A stretch of 64,000 nt of DNA, taken from NCBI GenBank assembly GCA_028534125.1, contig CM052832.1:21268001-21332000 (forward strand), given 5' to 3'. The DNA is from Lama glama (lineage: Eukaryota). The notes below the pieces were generated by a model that searched no databases, was not told the DNA's origin, and saw only the letters and a program-made list of their open reading frames with translations. The translations under genes were made by a program, and so were the position numbers. This document shows, piece by piece, positions 59,629 through 64,000 of the stretch. Within the stretch, counting starts at the first letter, position 1, and each line of letters opens with the position of its first letter.

Positions 59629-60032
59629 CACCGTGGGTTGAATGTCATCCCCCGCCCCAATTCATGTGTTGCTGTCCTAACACCCCGATACCTTAGAATG
59701 TGACCTTATTTGGAGACAGGGTCTTTACGGAGATAAGCAAGTTAAAATGAGGTCATTAGGATGGGCCCTAATCCAGTATGACTGGCGTCCTTATAAAAGG
59801 GCAACTCTGGACACAGAGCACTCATAGCGGGAGGGCACAGGGAGAAGATGGCTCACTGCGAGCCAAGGAGAGGCCGGGAGCAGGGCCTTCCCTCACCACC
59901 GCAGAAGGAACCAACCCTGCAGACACCTTGACTTTCCACTTCCCTGCCTCCGGAAGTGCGAGACAATACACTTCTGGTGTTGAAGCCACCCAGTCTGTTA
60001 CTTTTTTACAGGAGCACTAGCAAACTAAAATA
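59629..60032 (+). mobile_element. MLT1B-like LTR (near full length)
   Basis: AGAATGTGACCTTATTTGGAGACAGGGTCTTTAC...GGCCCTAATCCAGTATGACTGG...GAAGGAACCAACCCTGC...CTAGCAAACTAA. Confidence 0.9.
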
Positions 60033-61189
60033 CCCGCATCCGCCCCCGGTCCTACGACAGTTGGAATTCCCTCTCCTTTCCTCGTGTTCATCACACTGAG
60101 TAAGAACCAACAAATGTGACAGCTCCTCGGTGAGGTGTCCCATGTTGAATGAAGTACCAGCCAGTGAGCTTGTCCTACAAGAGTTCCCTTTGAGTTGATC
60201 CACTCAAATGATGGAGTATGTAAGAACATGTATTTGAATATTACTTTCCCTGGATTAAAAAAGACAGGGATGAGTTATCCAGGGTCCAGGACAACTTTTG
60301 AGCCTGGCCCACACTGGAACAGGGGCTGATTCTAACATAGATGGATTTGTCTATCAGATCCTAGAAGTTGTTGGTAGTATTCCAAAAGGATCTTAAGACA
60401 AGTATATGCAGCTCCTTGCTCAAGATGTGTAAATAAACCGGCAGCCAAGTCCGCAGCCCCTTGTCTGTTCCTTTTTTAAAGTCATTTTCAAGACAAGCTC
60501 AAACACAACTCTCACAGTTGGTTCCTAGAGGAGTTAATGACTCCGAGCTCAAAAGGAATGACTTTTTTTGAATTATCCATTTGACAGAAGGCTCCCTTAG
60601 GCAACACGTTTACCCCCTGCCCACTCCCCTCGCTGAAATTAGCGATTGTGTATTAATTAGCTGAAGCCAAATCCCAGGAAGAACTAACCCTTGCCTTTTC
60701 TTTTTAAGAATACTGAGTTCACATGAGAAGACAAATAATTCTCAATTACCTGGAAGCTTCTTGTTACATGCACTGAAAGTTCCCTGGTAAATATTTTCAT
60801 ACCCAAATTCAGGACCTTTCATCTCAGTAGGACCGAAGTGCTACGAAGGCAGTTTGTTGTCTGCATGAAAAGATGAGAGCACTAACAAAAACGCGTTCCT
60901 CTCCAACGCTCTGCCTTCGCGGGCTTGTGAATGCCTAACTTTCACAACAGATACGTCAGTTTTAGAGTTAATCATTGCCTTTGCCTCTGCATCAAAATGT
61001 ACCACCCCTGGAAGGAGTAATTTCTGGTTCTTACTGGAACCCATTCATGTGGATGGGGGCCCAGCAGAGACGGGTCAGAAGGGCCACACCGGGCCCTGGA
61101 GCATGAGGGTTAGTTCTGCAGGGATCGTGGGACAGCTGGCCCCAGAAGAACACTCGTGGCAGGGTGCCACAAGTTACACCAGGACTTGC

Positions 61190-61192
<3 letters not shown>

Positions 61193-61220
<28 letters not shown>
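61193..61220. repeat. Pure T28 homopolymer
   Basis: Read directly. Confidence 0.95.
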
Positions 61221-61492
61221 GCAAATAGGGTTCGGCTTTCAGGTTTTCCTCCTATTTGAGAGTCAAATACATGGAGTTCAGAGTTCAGTGGTACTACCCA
61301 GGTAAGAAGTCCAGTATTGGATCGACAGGTAACGTTTTAAGTTGCTTGCACATTAGGAATTAGGCTTCTGTGTCTAATTTTCTACATGATCAAAATGATG
61401 CTAGCTAGATCAGAAGACAGGCCCCCCCAGAGGGGTGGAGGTGAGGGGGCGGGGTTACCAAAGAGGATAAAAAGAGGAAACTGAAGACAAAT

Positions 61493-61581
61493 GTCTAGCC
61501 TCCAGAACTGTGAAAAAATAAATTTGTTTCAACTACCCAGTTTGTCGTACTTTGTCGCAGCAGCCCTAGCAAACGAATACA
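61493..61581 (+). mobile_element. MLT1 LTR 3' end fragment
   Basis: CTAGCCTCCAGAACTGTGA...GCAGCCCTAGCAAACGAATACA. Confidence 0.8.
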
Positions 61582-61844
61582 TTCACCTTGCTTTAGTCTC
61601 TATTTGTGTGAAGCTCTGTTAAAGATGGGAAATGCCTTTCTCCAAATACCTGGCTTCTTTTCATAGTGAGCTACAACTATAAACTCGGCCCACATCCAAC
61701 CCTGCTGGAACATTCGAGGTGTGTTAAATAAATCTAAGTCTTATTCTTGATGAGACACTTATCAGGTCCATCACTGAAAACATATACATAGAGGAGATGG
61801 TGTAAGGAAAGCTCATGGAGCCAGAGATGCTGATAAAACTATTA

Positions 61845-62095
61845 TCTGTCAGTGCTTACTGTCTGTCAGCACTTTGAATGCACAGACTCAATTCTTACAT
61901 GAATTCTATGATTTGGATTTTAATATAGACTAACGAAATAGTTGCTAGTCTATCACTGTTTACATGAGAAAGATGAGGCACAGAGAAATTAGGGAGTTTC
62001 CTTAAGATCATACATCTAGCCACTGAAGAAGAGGGATTTAAATCTTGGCAGTTAGACTCTAGAGCCTGGGTTTTAAATCACTCTGCTATTCTGCC
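61845..62095 (-). mobile_element. MIR SINE
   Basis: TGAGGCACAGAGAAATTAGGGAG...GGGATTTAAATC...GACTCTAGAGCC. Confidence 0.75.
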
Positions 62096-62124
62096 AAAAC
62101 ACTTAACTTTAGCAATAAGAAAAC

Positions 62125-63298
62125 AAAATAAAGTTGGAACTCTACCTCACACCAAAATATACAAAAATAAAGACCTAAATATAAGAGCAAACTATAAAAC
62201 TCCAGGAAGAGAACACAGATATAAATCTTTTTGATCTGTCTTGAGGCAATGGTTTCTTAGACATGATACCAAAAACACAAACAACAAGAGAAAAAATAAA
62301 CTGAACTTTATAAAAATTAAAAAATTTCACACTTCAAAGGCTCTATCAAGAAAATTGAAAGACAAGCCACAGAACAGGAAAAAATTTGTAAATTGTGTAC
62401 CTGATAAAAGTCTAGTAACATCTAGAATACATAAAGAACTCTTAAGACTTTTGCCAACAACAAAAATACAAACAGCCCAATTTAAAAATAGGCAAAGGCC
62501 CTGAATAGATATTTTCCCAAAGAAGATATATAATGACCAACAAGTATATGTAAAAATGTTCAGTATCATTAGTCATTAGGGAAATGCAAATCAAAACCAT
62601 GATGAGATAACACCTCATACCTACTAGGATAGCTATAATAAAAAAATTGAAAAGACAATAATAAGTAGTAGGGAAACTGGAGAAATTAGAATGACATACA
62701 TTACTGACAGGAAAGTAAAATGGTACAGTTGCCATAGTAAACAGTTTGGCAGTTCTTCAAAAAGTTACTCTATAACTCATCAGTTTTACTGTTGGGTATA
62801 TATCCAAGAGAATTGAAAACATATTTCTACACAAAAGCATTTACATGAGTGTTCACAGAAGTATTATTCATAATAGAAAGTGGAAACAAACAGTGTTTAT
62901 CAACTGATGAATGTATAAACAAAAAAAGATACGGCTATACAATGGAATAGTATACAATCACGAAAAAGAATTAATTACTGATACATCTGCACCACAGATG
63001 AAACTTGAAAACATTATACTGTATGAAAAAAGGCAAACACAAAAGATTGCATACTGTATGATTCCACTTTAGGAAATGTCCAGAATAGGCAAGTCTATAG
63101 AGATAGAAAATAGGTTAGTGGTTGCTGAGATTAAGGTGAGGGGGGAATGGGGTGTTAACTATTAATGAGTTAGGGTCTCCTTCTTCTGGGATAGTGAAAA
63201 TGTAATGGCTGCATAACTTTGTTAATATACTAAAAACCATTGAACTGTCCACTTGAAAAAGATGAATTTAATGGTATGTGAATTCTCTCTCAAAAAAA
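62125..63298 (+). mobile_element. L1MB-type L1 (ORF2 end plus 3'UTR)
   Basis: TTAGTCATTAGGGAAATGCAAATCAAAACC...GGAAATGTCCAGAATAGGCAAGTCTATAGAGATAGAA...GGTATGTGAATT. Confidence 0.9.
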
Positions 63299-63599
63299 GT
63301 AGATCCCTGAAATAAATGTTAGCCAAGATAAAATAATTTCAGATGTACTATATTTATTAGAGACTGTCTTTGGAGGAACAAAAGGTTGGCCGCTTTCCAT
63401 TAATATGTATGTACAGTAAAAATAATCTTAAAGCCTCAAAGATGACTTTAAGTTGTACTATGGAAAATGGAAATTTCAGCTTTGCTTTGAACTAAAACTT
63501 CCTCAAAGTACATGAGAACTAAAACTAAAAAGATTTAGCATACATTTTTAAAAAACTTGGTAAATTCTAATCAGATTTATAGATATTGAAAATGTAGAA

Positions 63600-63738
63600 T
63601 TTTTGGTTTGGACTCTGCCACTGATAAAAGACCTTGGGCAAGTTTCTTAATCTCTTTGAACATGAGTTTTCCTATTTGTAAAATAGGTAAAATAAAATCT
63701 CCTTTGCAGGGGATTTGCCAACATTCAACGAAATAACA
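63600..63738 (+). mobile_element. MIR SINE
   Basis: GACCTTGGGCAAGTTTCTTAATCTCT...TTTCCTATTTGTAAAATAGG. Confidence 0.8.
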
Positions 63739-64000
63739 AATTCAAAGTGCGGGACACATTTCATTGCACCCGGGGGGCTGTGTTGCTGCTGGTGGCGATG
63801 ATGATGAGGACAATGGGGGATGCAAGCATCCCAGATAATGGGACCCAACAATCCCCAGCACAGGGCTGGAGGTGAAGTAGATCCTAAACAAACACGTGGG
63901 CGTTGATTCGTTATTTCCTGCTGGAAGCCAGACAAATGAAAAACATTTGTCTTCAATTTGTCATCTCTTTTCAAGGGACATCCTAGCCATAGGCTGTAGC

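Noticed and set aside
23025..62735. ORFs with real protein similarity (e.g. 24093-24377, 34631-34945, 44135-44521, 54829-55014)
   Set aside because: They are frameshifted C-terminal fragments of L1 ORF2 in truncated elements, or their antisense shadows; not host genes.
1..64000. Inferring host-gene direction from L1/LTR strand bias
   Set aside because: L1s and LTRs occur on both strands in similar numbers, so no orientation can be inferred.

Overview
Mammalian non-coding genomic DNA, most likely from a camelid (alpaca/camel lineage). The assignment rests on three copies of a tRNA-Ala-derived vic-1-type SINE and several 5'-truncated lineage L1s with intact target-site duplications (TSDs). I recognise no protein-coding gene, functional RNA gene or CRISPR array. 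The supplied ORFs are chance ORFs or broken L1 ORF2 remnants. A large part of the window is interspersed repeat: young and old L1, L2, L3/CR1, MIR, MLT1 LTRs, ERV1-type solo LTRs, and Tigger and hAT MITEs, often nested. Between them lie repeat-poor blocks dense in developmental TF motifs (about 11.4-13.2, 38.5-39.6, 45.1-45.5 and 56.6-57.5 kb), consistent with a gene desert or a very large intron. I found no evidence of a new multi-gene system. The best leads are: (i) a CpG-retaining solo LTR with intact promoter motifs and a downstream splice donor; (ii) a candidate 12-codon first coding exon with ACCATGG and GTAAGT; (iii) a putative conserved element with a 13-bp hairpin between two identical 12-mers; (iv) two L1s apparently inserted at the same target site; (v) an AT-rich palindromic insertion inside a MIR. 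Repeat family names come from my recollection of consensus sequences, not from a database search. Boundaries of old repeats are approximate.
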